NCBI RefSeq assembly: GCF_001194135.2 | Contig: NC_068990.1 | Coordinates: 13,048,915-13,112,914 of the forward strand | Direction: 5' to 3' | Length of the DNA stretch: 64,000 nt | Origin: Octopus bimaculoides | Lineage: Eukaryota | In this document: positions 52,171 to 64,000 of the stretch, one piece after another | How the letters are laid out: every line of letters begins with the position of its first letter | How positions within the stretch are numbered: position 1 is the stretch's first letter | Notes under the pieces: generated by a model | The model's database searches: none | Told to the model about the DNA's origin: nothing | Seen by the model: only the letters and a program-made list of their open reading frames with translations | Made by a program: the position numbers and the translations under genes

Positions 52171-53032
52171 AAGTATGTATTGTGTGTGTGTGCGTATTAC
52201 AGAGATGTACTTGCATAGCAAGTGACTTGATCTGAGATCGTGTGCTGAAACAAAATCAATTGCAGCATGGAAGGTGTTTATAAGCCATTTAAAAACACAC
52301 AAATACCGTTAGATTCACTTCAACATTGAAATTTAATTTGTCAAAATATTTTTGTCACTTTGAAACCACGACCTGTTATATATATATAACNNNNNNNNNN
52401 NNNNNNNNNNNNNNNNNNNNNNNNNNNNNNNNNNNNNNNNNNNNNNNNNNNNNNNNNNNNNNNNNNNNNNNNNNNNNNNNNNNNNNNNNNNNNNNNNNNN
52501 NNNNNNNNNNNNNNNNNNNNNNNNNNNNNNNNNNNNNNNNNNNNNNNNNNNNNNNNNNNNNNNNNNNNNNNNNNNNNNNNNNNNNNNNNNNNNNNNNNNN
52601 NNNNNNNNNNNNNNNNNNNNNNNNNNNNNNNNNNNNNNNNNNNNNNNNNNNNNNNNNNNNNNNNNNNNNNNNNNNNNNNNNNNNNNNNNNNNNNNNNNNN
52701 NNNNNNNNNNNNNNNNNNNNNNNNNNNNNNNNNNNNNNNNNNNNNNNNNNNNNNNNNNNNNNNNNNNNNNNNNNNNNNNNNNNNNNNNNNNNNNNNNNNN
52801 NNNNNNNNNNNNNNNNNNNNNNNNNNNNNNNNNNNNNNNNNNNNNNNNNNNNNNNNNNNNNNNNNNNNNNNNNNNNNNNNNNNNNNNNNNNNNNNNNNNN
52901 NNNNNNNNNNNNNNNNNNNNNNNNNNNNNNNNNNNNNNNNNNNNNNNNNNNNNNNNNNNNNNNNNNNNNNNNNNNNNNNNNNNNNNNNNNNNNNNNNNNN
53001 NNNNNNNNNNNNNNNNNNNNNNNNNNNNNNNN

Positions 53033-53086
<54 letters not shown>

Positions 53087-53594
53087 TATGATGTATATAT
53101 TTAATATTTATGACAGTCTAAAAAGCTGTGTTGTTATGATGTCATGTTCCCCTTTATGTAAATTAATGGTTTGACTAATAGAGATCAGTAAAATAAGTAT
53201 GGGACCGAAATAAGTTCTGAGTTCAGCAGGAGAGACTGACCCCTTGATGGCTGCAGTCCAATGATTGAAACCAGTAACAAAATGAAAGAATCTGGTGAGC
53301 TCCTGTGTTAAAGATTATGTAAAGAAAATAGGTTCTAATACTATTTTCATATTCTTCTAATTTGTCATACTTTGAACTTTAGAAATTAAGTTTATTTTTT
53401 GTTTTATATTCCTGTCACATGCACTCAATACACATGCATGCGTGTGTGTGCACACACAATGCTAATGTCTTATGAAGACATGAACTTGACATGGTCTCAT
53501 TTTGTTTCCCTTTTAAATCTCAGGCCTTATTAGCATGTGTGTATGTATGTGTGAGTATGTGGGTGTAAGAGAGGTAAAGAGAGGGAAGCAGAGA

Positions 53595-53600
53595 TAGATG

Positions 53601-53665
<65 letters not shown>

Positions 53666-53705
53666 GTAAATAGGTAGGTAGATAGGTAAATAGACAGATA
53701 GATAG

Positions 53706-53736
<31 letters not shown>

Positions 53737-53797
53737 AATAGATACATACATACATACATATATAAATACATGTATACATACAGAGGGAGACAGAGAA

Positions 53798-53870
<73 letters not shown>
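53595..53870. repeat. Compound microsatellite (GATA)n-(TACA)n-(GA)n
   Basis: Directly visible. Similar arrays: (CTAT)n 21537-21600, (CT)n 31317-31395, (GATA)n 37156-37224, (ATT)n 44284-44340. Confidence 0.97.
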
Positions 53871-53875
<5 letters not shown>

Positions 53876-54127
53876 TAATTATGATAGATAATATCAAACT
53901 TTTACGTAAGATATGAAACAGAAAAATAGAAGTGAAATAAGGTTATAAAAAGTAAAAAAAAAAACCCCATGATACAACAAATGGTATTTTCCTTGAGAGA
54001 ATGCAAAGGAATTAAGAAAAAAGAAGGTAAGAAAGAAAAAATAAAACAGGATTTGAACTTGACAAGCATTAATAGCATGAGCAATTTTGATGAAGATAGA
54101 GAAATCTATTTCATTAACAGCAATAAA

Positions 54128-54164
<37 letters not shown>

Positions 54165-55384
54165 TGATGATGATGATGATAATGATGAAAAAAAAAGTAT
54201 CTAATATGTGTTANNNNNNNNNNGGTGTCAAAATTCTAGTTTTTTTTTTTTTTTTTGCTTTTTTTTTTTTTACCTTTTCCTTTCCTCATCCTATTTATCT
54301 TTATGTGCTTGTCTCCTTCAGGCAACGTCTGCATTTTAAGATTGTTTATAATTTGAGTTCTCTGAAATTTACTTTCCTTCCACCCCACCTCACCCCCATC
54401 TCCTTATTCACAATCCCCTCCACTTAATACTATCTCAATTTGTAATTGCCTTCGAAACTGTTGCCATCCCAGTTTTTTTTTTTTCTTCCTTCATCTGTAT
54501 TCTCCTTTTATTCACGATAATAATACATACTTTTTTTTTTTTCATCGTCACTTCTCCTTTCCACATTTTTCCAATTCTATTATTTCCTTCAACATCATCA
54601 CTGCAATCATGTTACCATCTTCTTCATTCTTCATCTATTATGGCAATTTTACTTTTGAATTTTCAATGTGCGGTGAAAGCCAAATCTATGATCTAGTTTC
54701 TAAACATATACACGGTTGGACAAGTTTCTCTTTATCTACATTGTTAATATGGAATTTAAGAAAAGCCATGAACGTTACAGCCTCTCTACTATTTTCCCTC
54801 CTCCTGAAATTGTAGGCAGGAAGCCTATAAATTCAGCTTGGTTGAAATTTTGGAGAGAGATTGAGTTCACCAGACTGACTTCTTTGTCACAATCAATGAA
54901 GATGAAAACTTTCTATAGTGACCTGCTGATAGATATGTTACTTAATATTGATTTTAATTAACATAGGATGGAGTAGTGAGATGACAGAAGTGATTGAACA
55001 CTAGATTAAATATCTTGTCATCTATATCTATATTTTCATCCATCTACATTCCATAATCAAATTTTACCAATATCAACTCAAATCAACTAGAGAAGCTGCA
55101 CAATCAGTCAACCAGTTGGAAATAATAGCCAAATACCAAAATAATATCACTATGGTATCTACAAATTAGAAGGCCAAACTGGATATTGTAATATGAGTAT
55201 ATAAAAAAAAGATGGGAAGGTCTCAGTTAGAACAGCTTTTATTAAATTATATATTTGCTTAATCAGACAAAGGTATTTTCCCAATGTACAACATTGTAGA
55301 GCTAAGTAAATTCATGGCTGTCCAAGCATCCAGGCATGTCCTTATTTGGGAGATCCTAGTCTTGCAGGCTTGTGGGTACTGATG

Positions 55385-55630
55385 CCATAGTGCCTGTGCC
55401 ATGTAAAAGCACTCATGCCAGTGTCACATAAAAGCACTTGTGCCAGTGCCTCGTGATGGCACCCAGAACACTTTGTAAAGTGATTGGCATTCGGGAGAGC
55501 ATCCATTCATAGAAATCAGGCCAAAATAGACAAATAGAGCTCAGACAGATCTCCAGCTGGCCAACTCTTATCAAACCATCCAAACATGCCAGCATGGAGA
55601 ACGGACATTAAAAGATGACGATGTTGATGA
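55385..55630 (+). mobile_element. SINE-like family C, degenerate
   Basis: Repeated catgtaaaagcact units, then catgccagcatggagaacggacattaaaagatgacgatg. Confidence 0.75.
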
Positions 55631-57670
55631 TGTGGAGCTGGCTGTGTGTGTGTGTGTGTGTGTGTTCCTAATTCTTCTCACAAAGTATTAGTCAACCAAA
55701 AGCTATAGTCAAAAACACTTGTCCAAGGTTTCGTGCTTTGAGAGATCAAACTTATAACCATGTGGCTGCAACAAGCAACTCATCTTTATTTTTGTCTATT
55801 AGGAGAAAGATCTAGAAAAATGTTTAGTATAGACTTAATCAAGTTTTGTACGACTGAAAGGGAAGCGATATCTATCCTTTTACGATTTTTATACAAAATC
55901 TATAACAACAGTATTTAGATCTGTATGAAATTCAATACTTTTCAATAATGCTTATCATATTGTTGACGTTTAGGTTTTGGTCAATCCTGATGAGACAAAC
56001 TTATGATCAAAGCCATACCAGCCATGACTATTCAATCTTGTTTGCAGAAATTGCATACTTTGGACTACATTATCAAATGTGTTTGTCTAATTTTGCCTCA
56101 AGATGATAGAGTGGGGTATGAGGGAGATTTTGTTGCACTTTCAAGCAGATCAAGCAACCTTGTAGGTGACTCCCACATTGACTCATGTATTTAATATGTA
56201 TACAAGAATGTGATGGTGTGACAGAAATGGCATAGTATCAAACTGTCTTTCATTTCTATTCTTTCATGTTAAGAGTTCAGTTTCAATTTTGATCTTTACA
56301 AGGTCAATAATGAGAGTGTTAAACTACACAGTTCTTATCCATTAATGAAACTTATATTTCTCAAGCCATTTAAGAACTATCCATATTCACAGTTAGAATA
56401 GACTTTGCTGATGAGGTATAATAAGATACAAATATGTCTGGAGTTCTCACTACACGGCTGAAGATAAAACACATAAAAATTTCAAAGTTTTCTTTCCTGC
56501 CTTCTTTAACCAAGTTTTTTTTTTTTTTTTAGTAATATAGTTAATGATTGTTCTCATTAATAAGACTGTAATTTTAATTAATTAAAATTTCTTGGCCAAC
56601 TACCTCAAGTGTGCTAGTGTCTGCTTTACTATTATGAGTATTAGTCATGTGCTGTGATAGATTCAGTCAATTATATTCTGCCCCTACAAATTTCTGGCTC
56701 ACTGCCAACCTAAGATATCAATATTTGATATGAATGTATGTAGTACAATATTCTGTTTCTTGATAGTTTACTTCAAATTCTTTAATGTATGCATTCATTT
56801 CTTTCTTGGTATATTACTATTCAGACATATTTCTGTATTTTCTTGTCGATGCCAAAACATCCATACATAAAGCAGTAAATGTATTCTGGGAAATTAATGT
56901 CATCAATTAGTTTTGAAATAAATTCCTGTAAAATTCACTTTTCATTAATTATGCAAATAATTTAGTAGAAATCTCGCATTAAATTTTTTTTCTCTCTCCT
57001 TTTTATCTCAGAATATGCCAGCTGCTTTTTCATAAATGCTTTTAAAAATATCAAGTTAAATTCTAGGAAGAAAATTAAAGAAAACTCTAAATAGAAAAAT
57101 GCTAAAATCATTTTCTGTCCTCTTATAGCAATAATTACATTATTTTCTGTCATTTTATTACTTTTATCATGAAGAAACTTTTAGGATATAAGCAGACTGT
57201 CTTACATAGTTCTTCATAGTACATCTACAAAGCAGTATCAATGCTCTGCTCCACACAGAAACTGCAGGAGCTAATCAGAAGTATAGCAAGCTTTCCTGGT
57301 GAATCCATCACAATGTCAGAAACTCTACTTTATCAGCAGATATCTCAAGGTCAAAAGCATGTTGCCCCTTAGCCTGTATGCTTTATCCGAGGAAAGGTTC
57401 CACCTGCAGTCTCTTCTCCACTAGTTCCTTCTCCACCTTGAGCTGATTTTAGCTGCCATACCTATTTCCATGGTAACTTTCTTCAGTTGCCAGAATTATT
57501 GATCAATCTTCTGCAGTAAATAGCATCCAATCTACCAGGAACACCACCGATATTTGAAAGAGATGTAAATGTTTGTGTCCCTTTAGAGGCCATTAAAGAC
57601 TAGTGATCAGTACTGGGTTTTATTGTTGTTGTTATTGTTTGTCACAGATAGATAGACAGATAGATAGATA

Positions 57671-57902
57671 GGCGGTGAGCTAGCAGAAACATTAGCACGC
57701 CGGACGAAATGCTAAGTGGTATTTTGTCCACCTTTTCGTTCTGAGTTCAAATTCCACCGAGGTTGACTTTGCCTTTCATCATTTTGGGGTCGATAAATTA
57801 AGTACCAGTTACGCACTGGGGTGGATGTAATCGACTTAATCCCTTTGTCTGTCCTTGTTTGTCTCCTCTATGTTTAGCCCCTTGTTGGCAATAAACAAAT
57901 AA
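57671..57902 (+). mobile_element. SINE family B (tail type 1) inserted in (GATA)n
   Basis: ggcggtgagctagcagaaac...gagttcaaattccaccgagg...ccctttgtctgtccttgtttgtc...ataaacaaataa; (GATA)n on both sides. Confidence 0.92.
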
Positions 57903-58566
57903 GATAGATAGATAGATAAATAGATAGATAGATAGATAGATAGATAGTAGTGAAGAAGAGCAAAATAACTAATGTTGAAGAAAATTACATAAGATGTTGT
58001 TTGTATTTCCTTATCCTCTGGTTACAGCTCTTAATGTCCAGATTAACTTTGTTTTTCTTCCTCATAAAGCTGATAAATAAGTAAGAGACAAGCCCAATAA
58101 ACCAAAAGCTTGTCAGGGCACTAATCTCTCATATTAATCTCTACTGAATTTATTACAGTATCTGGCAGATAATCAGCTTCTTGCTCTACCTACTTAAGGA
58201 GTTAAACTCTATAACACGAGCAAGTAAATTGGTTCATCAATTCCACAGTTTATCTCAATATGTAGGCTTTACTCTCCTTATTTAATGCTAAGTAGCTCGA
58301 GTTATCGCCACTTGAATATTACATTTGGCCACTGTGATCCTTCACATCATCTGTGACACAATCATCTGTCAACTCTTATCGCTCAATTTTATTACAGTTT
58401 GACCCTCTACAATTTATACATATTTATATTAAAGTATGCCTCAAAAACAAAAAAGATACAGAAAAAAAAGAAAAAAAACAGAACAAACTTTGTTTGTTTA
58501 CTTTCATCATAAAGTCTTATGAAGCTAAATTTATAAGTTCTAAAATTGCAGAAGAATTCGTTGCTG

Positions 58567-58638
58567 GGCAGTTTAGTTCAATGGTAAAACACTTGATGCG
58601 TAATCACAGAGATGTGAGTTCAAGTTTCATGGCTGGCC
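58567..58638 (+). pseudogene. Decayed tRNA gene, anticodon CGT (Thr-like)
   Basis: GGCAGTT TA GTTC AATGGTA AAAC A CTTGA TGCGTAA TCAcAG AGAT GTGAG TTCAAGT TTCAT GGCTGGC C: the cloverleaf is recognisable but has mismatches and G33. A T-run follows about 10 nt downstream, and no SINE body follows. Confidence 0.7.
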
Positions 58639-58788
58639 AGTAACGTATTTTTCTGCAATAAATGGATAATTTATCCTGATCTCGCTATTTATAGTATTAT
58701 CACGCTTTGAGAAATAAATTTATTTCTGTATCTTAGACATAATAATGTTTCATACAAGTTTTGAGTGACATCAAACTGGACTATATAC

Positions 58789-59020
58789 TATTGGGCTGTC
58801 CGGAAAGTTTGTGCCAATTTATAGTAGCTTCCCTTTCGACTTATTTGCCATGAAAACACCTCAGTTCTGGGAAGAGGGTATTTTCACGTTAAAAGAAAGA
58901 TGGAGACGCATTGAGTCACAAAATGGTTCATATTTGGTTGATTAAAAATGTAATGGCAAGTATTTATTGACATTTTTCTTTCCTTTAAAAATCAGCATGA
59001 ACTTTCCAGACACCCCAATA
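58789..59020 (+). mobile_element. Internally deleted mariner element (MITE), copy 2
   Basis: Same length and structure as 15725-15956; TA TSD. Confidence 0.9.
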
Positions 59021-59036
59021 AAAATGATAATAAATG

Positions 59037-59615
59037 TAGGTGTGATGTGGTTGCTTGGTAAGAATCTTGTTTCTCAACCACATGGTTCCAGGTTCAGTCC
59101 TACTGTGTGACACATCAGGCAACTGCCTTCTACATCAGCCTCAAGCTAACCAAAACCTTGTGAGTGGATTTGGTAGATGGAAAGTGAAAGAAGCCAGTCA
59201 CGTATATACAGTTGTGGTCAAAAGTTTAGAATATTCCCTTAAAAATCAAAATTGTTATGCCCAATATATGTTCTGGCCAAATATAACTTTGGGCATTTAA
59301 TGTTAGAATTCTAATTTTCAGACCTATGTTCCAAACTTTTGGCCATGACTGTACATAAAGATAGATATAGATTTATACATATGTATATATATGTCTATAT
59401 GCATTTGTGCTTTTCCCCGCCACGACTGTTGGTTTGTTTACAACCAGTGTTAGTTTGTTGGCATCTCCATAATTTAGGAATTTAGCAAAAGAGCTCAATA
59501 CAATAAGTACCAAGCTTTGAAACAAATGTCTTGGAGTAGACTTTTTTCAACTAAATCTTTAAGGCAGTGCCCAGCATGACCACAATCCAATGACTGAAAC
59601 AAGTAAACAATAAAA
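59037..59615 (+). mobile_element. SINE family A interrupted by a Tc1-like MITE
   Basis: Head at 59037-59205; body and tail at 59354-59615. Confidence 0.85.
59207..59353. mobile_element. Tc1-like MITE (143 bp) with TA TSD
   Basis: TIRs cagttgtggtcaaaagtttagaa / ttccaaacttttggccatgactg. Confidence 0.85.
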
Positions 59616-60171
59616 TTAAGCATAATAAAAAACAATGAAAAAATAGATACCAAGTGGTCACCTGACTGTAACCTTCCTCAGCAAATATTTGTTTTGGGTT
59701 TAGGCAAGCTGTTATGATGTACACATATGACTGTATATATTAAGAAATGTTTCTGTGAATCCTCATTTAAATGAATAGCTAGGTAGAAGGAAAGCTATTT
59801 AATGATGAACTAGAATAGAAATGCTTTATTTCTGCAAACAGTTTGTCAAGTATAATAGATTTTAAATATATTGCATTCTACACAGTTTCAATTAAACAGA
59901 AATGAGAAAAAGCGAAAAATTGCTCAATGTTATCTGAGTTCTGGAAATCAAATATATCTTTAAGTGAAATTAATAAAGGTTTATATATAGTTATATATAT
60001 ATTCTTTATACAAGTTTGTGACTATACACTTATCATCAATCTATCTATCTAACTATCTATCTATCCATCTATCTATCAATCTATCTATATATGTGTGTGT
60101 GTGTGTGTGTGTATACATATATACATACATATATATATGTATGTATGTGTATTTATATGTGTGGAGGTGTG

Positions 60172-60209
<38 letters not shown>

Positions 60210-60529
60210 CATNNNNNNNNNNNNNNNNNNNNNNNNNNNNNNNNNNNNNNNNNNNNNNNNNNNNNNNNNNNNNNNNNNNNNNNNNNNNNNNNNNNNNNNN
60301 NNNNNNNNNNNNNNNNNNNNNNNNNNNNNNNNNNNNNNNNNNNNNNNNNNNNNNNNNNNNNNNNNNNNNNNNNNNNNNNNNNNNNNNNNNNNNNNNNNNN
60401 NNNNNNNNNNNNNNNNNNNNNNNNNNNNNNNNNNNNNNNNNNNNNNNNNNNNNNNNNNNNNNNNNNNNNNNNNNNNNNNNNNNNNNNNNNNNNNNNNNNN
60501 NNNNNNNNNNNNNNNNNNNNNNNNTATGT

Positions 60530-60715
60530 ATATTCTGTGAACTATTAGATGAAGTTCTTATTACTATTGAGAGACCTTATTGTATTGCTACTATTGGAAA
60601 CTTTCAGATGATCCGTAGCATTGCTTAATGTTTAAAGAATTATAATAGCCAGAGGACAATGAAGCATAATGCCTAAAGTTCTATTGATTTACTTTGCACA
60701 CAGCTATTGAGAAAA
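60530..60715 (+). pseudogene. Possible APE endonuclease remnant
   Basis: IFCELLDEVLITIERPYCIATIGNF resembles FYEELxxxL...IIxGDFN, with a downstream SSIDLL resembling SxID. Confidence 0.35.
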
Positions 60716-61269
60716 TGCATAAGGTGCAGTGAGATTAAAATATAAAGGAGTGGGTGGGAGTAGATCACATAAAGTACAAAATTTTATTTTATTTTATTTT
60801 AAAATTTTTTTTGGTGGTGGGAGTTTTTTTTATGTATATTAAAATCCATTGTTAATGTACATTTTTTTTTGCCTCTCTATGTGAATGGAATGACATTCCA
60901 AGAATATTCTCTGTCTAATGCTTCACCAATAAAGAAAATATTTAGCAAAATGCATCATGCATGCAAATAACAAGTAGTCCTTTTTTTTTACTTTATATTT
61001 TTATTTATTTTTGTTATAACTAAGAGAATTCAAAATGTGCAAAGGAATTTATATATTTGATGTAAGTTTTTTTTGTTTTTTTTTTTGTTTTACGAGATTA
61101 TTGATATTGCACTCCTTATTTTTTTTTTTTTTGCTCTACCTTTCTAGAGTGAAATATTCACCATGGTCTTCTATTCTTCTTGAAATAATTAAAAATTATT
61201 TAGACAAAGACTAATATATTTTTTCATTTTGCCATGGTACATTATTATTTCTAGTTAGTGTTTCTGATG

Positions 61270-61690
61270 TAGGCGCATGGTCTAGTGGCTGTGTGATAAG
61301 AAGCTTGCTTCCCAACCACATGGTTCTGGGTTCAGTCCCAATGCTGGGCACCCTGGGCAAGTGTCTTGTACTAAAGCCTCAGGCTGACCAAAGCCTTGTA
61401 AGTAGCTTTGGTATGTGGAAACTGAGAGAAGCTCATCGTACATGTGTGTGTGTGGTGTGGGAGGGGATATGTATGTATATGTGTGTCTATGTTTGTCTAT
61501 CCACCATTGCTTGACAACTGATGTTGGTGTGTTTACGTCCCTGTAACTTAGCAGTTTGGCAAAAGAGACTGATAGAAAAAGTATTAGGCTTACAAAGAAT
61601 AAATCCTGAGGTTAATTTAGTCAACTAAAGATGGTGCTCCAGCATGGCCACAGTCAAATGACTGAAACAAGTATAGGAATAAAAGAATTT
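61270..61690 (+). mobile_element. SINE family A, full length
   Basis: taggcgc...gtggctgtgtgataag...gggttcagtccc...ccagcatggccacagtcaaatgactgaaacaag. Confidence 0.9.
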
Positions 61691-62272
61691 ATATATATAT
61701 ATANNNNNNNNNNNNNNNNNNNNNNNNNNNNNNNNNNNNNNNNNNNNNNNNNNNNNNNNNNNNNNNNNNNNNNNNNNNNNNNNNNNNNNNNNNNNNNNNN
61801 NNNNNNNNNNNNNNNNNNNNNNNNNNNNNNNNNNNNNNNNNNNNNNNNNNNNNNNNNNNNNNNNNNNNNNNNNNNNNNNNNNNNNNNNNNNNNNNNNNNN
61901 NNNNNNNNNNNNNNNNNNNNNNNNNNNNNNNNNNNNNNNNNNNNNNNNNNNNNNNNNNNNNNNNNNNNNNNNNNNNNNNNNNNNNNNNNNNNNNNNNNNN
62001 NNNNNNNNNNNNNNNNNNNNNNNNNNNNNNNNNNNNNNNNNNNNNNNNNNNNNNNNNNNNNNNNNNNNNNNNNNNNNNNNNNNNNNNNNNNNNNNNNNNN
62101 NNNNNNNNNNNNNNNNNNNNNNNNNNNNNNNNNNNNNNNNNNNNNNNNNNNNNNNNNNNNNNNNNNNNNNNNNNNNNNNNNNNNNNNNNNNNNNNNNNNN
62201 NNNNNNNNNNNNNNNNNNNNNNNNNNNNNNNNNNNNNNNNNNNNNNNNNNNNNNNNNNNNNNNNNNNNNNNN

Positions 62273-62575
62273 GGATTTGGTAGACGGAAACTGAAAGAAG
62301 CCCGTCGTATATATGTATATATATATATGTATATGTGTGTGCGTTTGTGTGTCTGTGTTTGTCCCCCCCCCTCCAACATCGCTTGACAACCGATGCTGGT
62401 GTGTTTATGTCCCCGTCACTTAGCGGTTCGGCAATACAGACTGATAGAATAAGTACTAGGCTTACAAAGAATAAGTCCCGGGGTCGATCTGCTCCCCTAA
62501 AGGCGGTGCTCCAGCATGGCCGCAGTCCAACAACTGAAACAAATAAAAGAGTAAAGAGTAAAGAGTAAAGAGTAT
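62273..62575 (+). mobile_element. SINE family A, young-looking 3' part after a gap, tail (AAAGAGT)n
   Basis: CpG-rich; ends ccagcatggccgcagtcc..ctgaaacaaataaaagagtaaagagtaaagagt. Confidence 0.9.
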
Positions 62576-62608
62576 ATATATATATATATGTATGTATTTG
62601 TGTGTATG

Positions 62609-62641
<33 letters not shown>

Positions 62642-63661
62642 TTGTGTGTATATATATAAATACATAAAATAAAACATACATATTTGAACATGCACTGATA
62701 CCAAATATTGCAAATATACACATAAACATGCACAAATACCTTGTTGATGTCATTGAAATTCCAATGAAGGAGTCTTGGATCTGGATAGAAACCATCTCCT
62801 TCTCAACTGGTAAGAAATCTTGAAATAAAACGGAAGAATGACATACAAACGTATATGATGGGCTTCTTTCAAACAAATCTACTAAAATGGATCTGGTTCG
62901 CTCAGGGCCATAGCAGAGTATTATTTGAGGGTAATTGGTTGCTACTTCTTGGATGTAGAATGACCACATAGAAGTCTTTTTATTGGCTTGCATCTATTCC
63001 TACTAGTTTTACATTAGGGTTTTAACTAAAGTGCTCGGATCGTTATATAACTAGAGATATTTTGGATGGATTTAATTACAGTTTCTGACATTTCATAACA
63101 CAATTTATTGACTGAAATGAAGGAAAAGTTTTCACATTCGTTTTATGGATTTGTTAATTTCCTTCTCCTCTTCTTCCTCCTTCTCATCTTCATCAACATC
63201 ATCATCCTCCTCTCTTTTCCTTTTTCCTTATGTTGATGTGGTTTTAATTTTAATTTTTATTTTTTTTTTGTACTTAGATTAGAACTATAAATTATATTAT
63301 AGCACCACAATCTATATTTTGTCGAATTTAATTAACTCTTATCACTTCTCTTCTGATATTAGTTAGTTTCAGAAATATTGTCCATAATATTTCAGAAAAC
63401 CAGCAATTAAAAGTATTAATTATACCTTAATTTCTCCTGTTGCAGTTGGTTCCTATGATGAAACTAATTTATTACTCTGAACTGATAAGGGACATAATAT
63501 GTTGTTACTTATTCTGCTAGAAATAGTAGCCATGTCATATTCAAACCACACCATGCCTTCTTGAGCGGTAAAATGTCTATTAGGTATTGTAACCATGCAC
63601 TCTCTCAAAAATATTGGATGGTCACAACAGGAGTGTCTTTGGTGACATATCTTATTCATCA

Positions 63662-63850
63662 GGCTTTTACTGGTTTCAGTCATTCAGGTACTGGACTGTG
63701 GCCATGCTGGAACACTGCGGTGTAATGTTTAGTTCATCAAATCGATCTTCGTTTTTGTGTTTTGAAGTCTAGTACTCACATTCTATTGGAATCTATTTTG
63801 CCAAACTTCTAAGCTACAGGAGCATAAACAAACACCAGTTGTCATGTGGT
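63662..63850 (-). mobile_element. SINE family A, degenerate 3' part
   Basis: tttcagtcatt...ctgtggccatgctggaacact. Confidence 0.75.
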
Positions 63851-64000
63851 GTTACAGAATGACAAAATATGGACAGAGACGAACAGACATTCACACATAT
63901 ATACATATGCATATGTAAACATCCACATACACACACATGTAAAATATACATACTTAAATACTTGTGTCTTGCAAACAAGACATATGCATTTATAAGTCAA

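Noticed and set aside
54716-54961. Strong acceptor at 54815 with open frame GRKPINSAWLKFWRE...
   Set aside because: No adequate donor and no recognisable homology.
57190-57600. GC-richer 400-bp segment
   Set aside because: Stops in all frames and no motif recognised; probably an old TE fragment.
1-64000. Long ORFs in the supplied track (e.g. 49039-50397, 61689-62993, 22355-23176)
   Set aside because: They run through N gaps and (TA)n/(CA)n tracts giving YI/HT/VC repeats; not coding.

Overview
Strongly AT-rich animal DNA from a gappy short-read assembly: 16 N-runs, most of the long ones flanked by (TA)n or (CA)n. The repeat landscape looks like an octopus genome (inference from recalled repeat families, not a database match). 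No complete gene is supportable. Almost every ORF in the supplied track is a microsatellite or N-run artefact. The window is dominated by: (i) three abundant SINE-like families, called A, B and C here (A and B have tRNA-like heads), often nested; (ii) decayed non-LTR retrotransposon fragments recognisable by translation (two CR1/L2-type ORF2 C-termini, an R4/Dong-type restriction-like endonuclease, RTE-type RT, APE remnants); (iii) non-autonomous DNA elements with TIRs and TSDs (mariner, Tc1, hAT, piggyBac-like, Helentron-like); (iv) a decayed tRNA gene. The most interesting signals are short microsatellite-embedded elements carrying minimal type I hammerhead-ribozyme motifs (best copy 46883-46919, with a variant core), and a LINE 3' end that matches the tail of SINE family A. 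Two isolated candidate + strand exons are low confidence: a GPI-signal-like terminal exon at 28038 and a MAM-domain-like exon at 36447. Coordinates of degenerate repeats are approximate.
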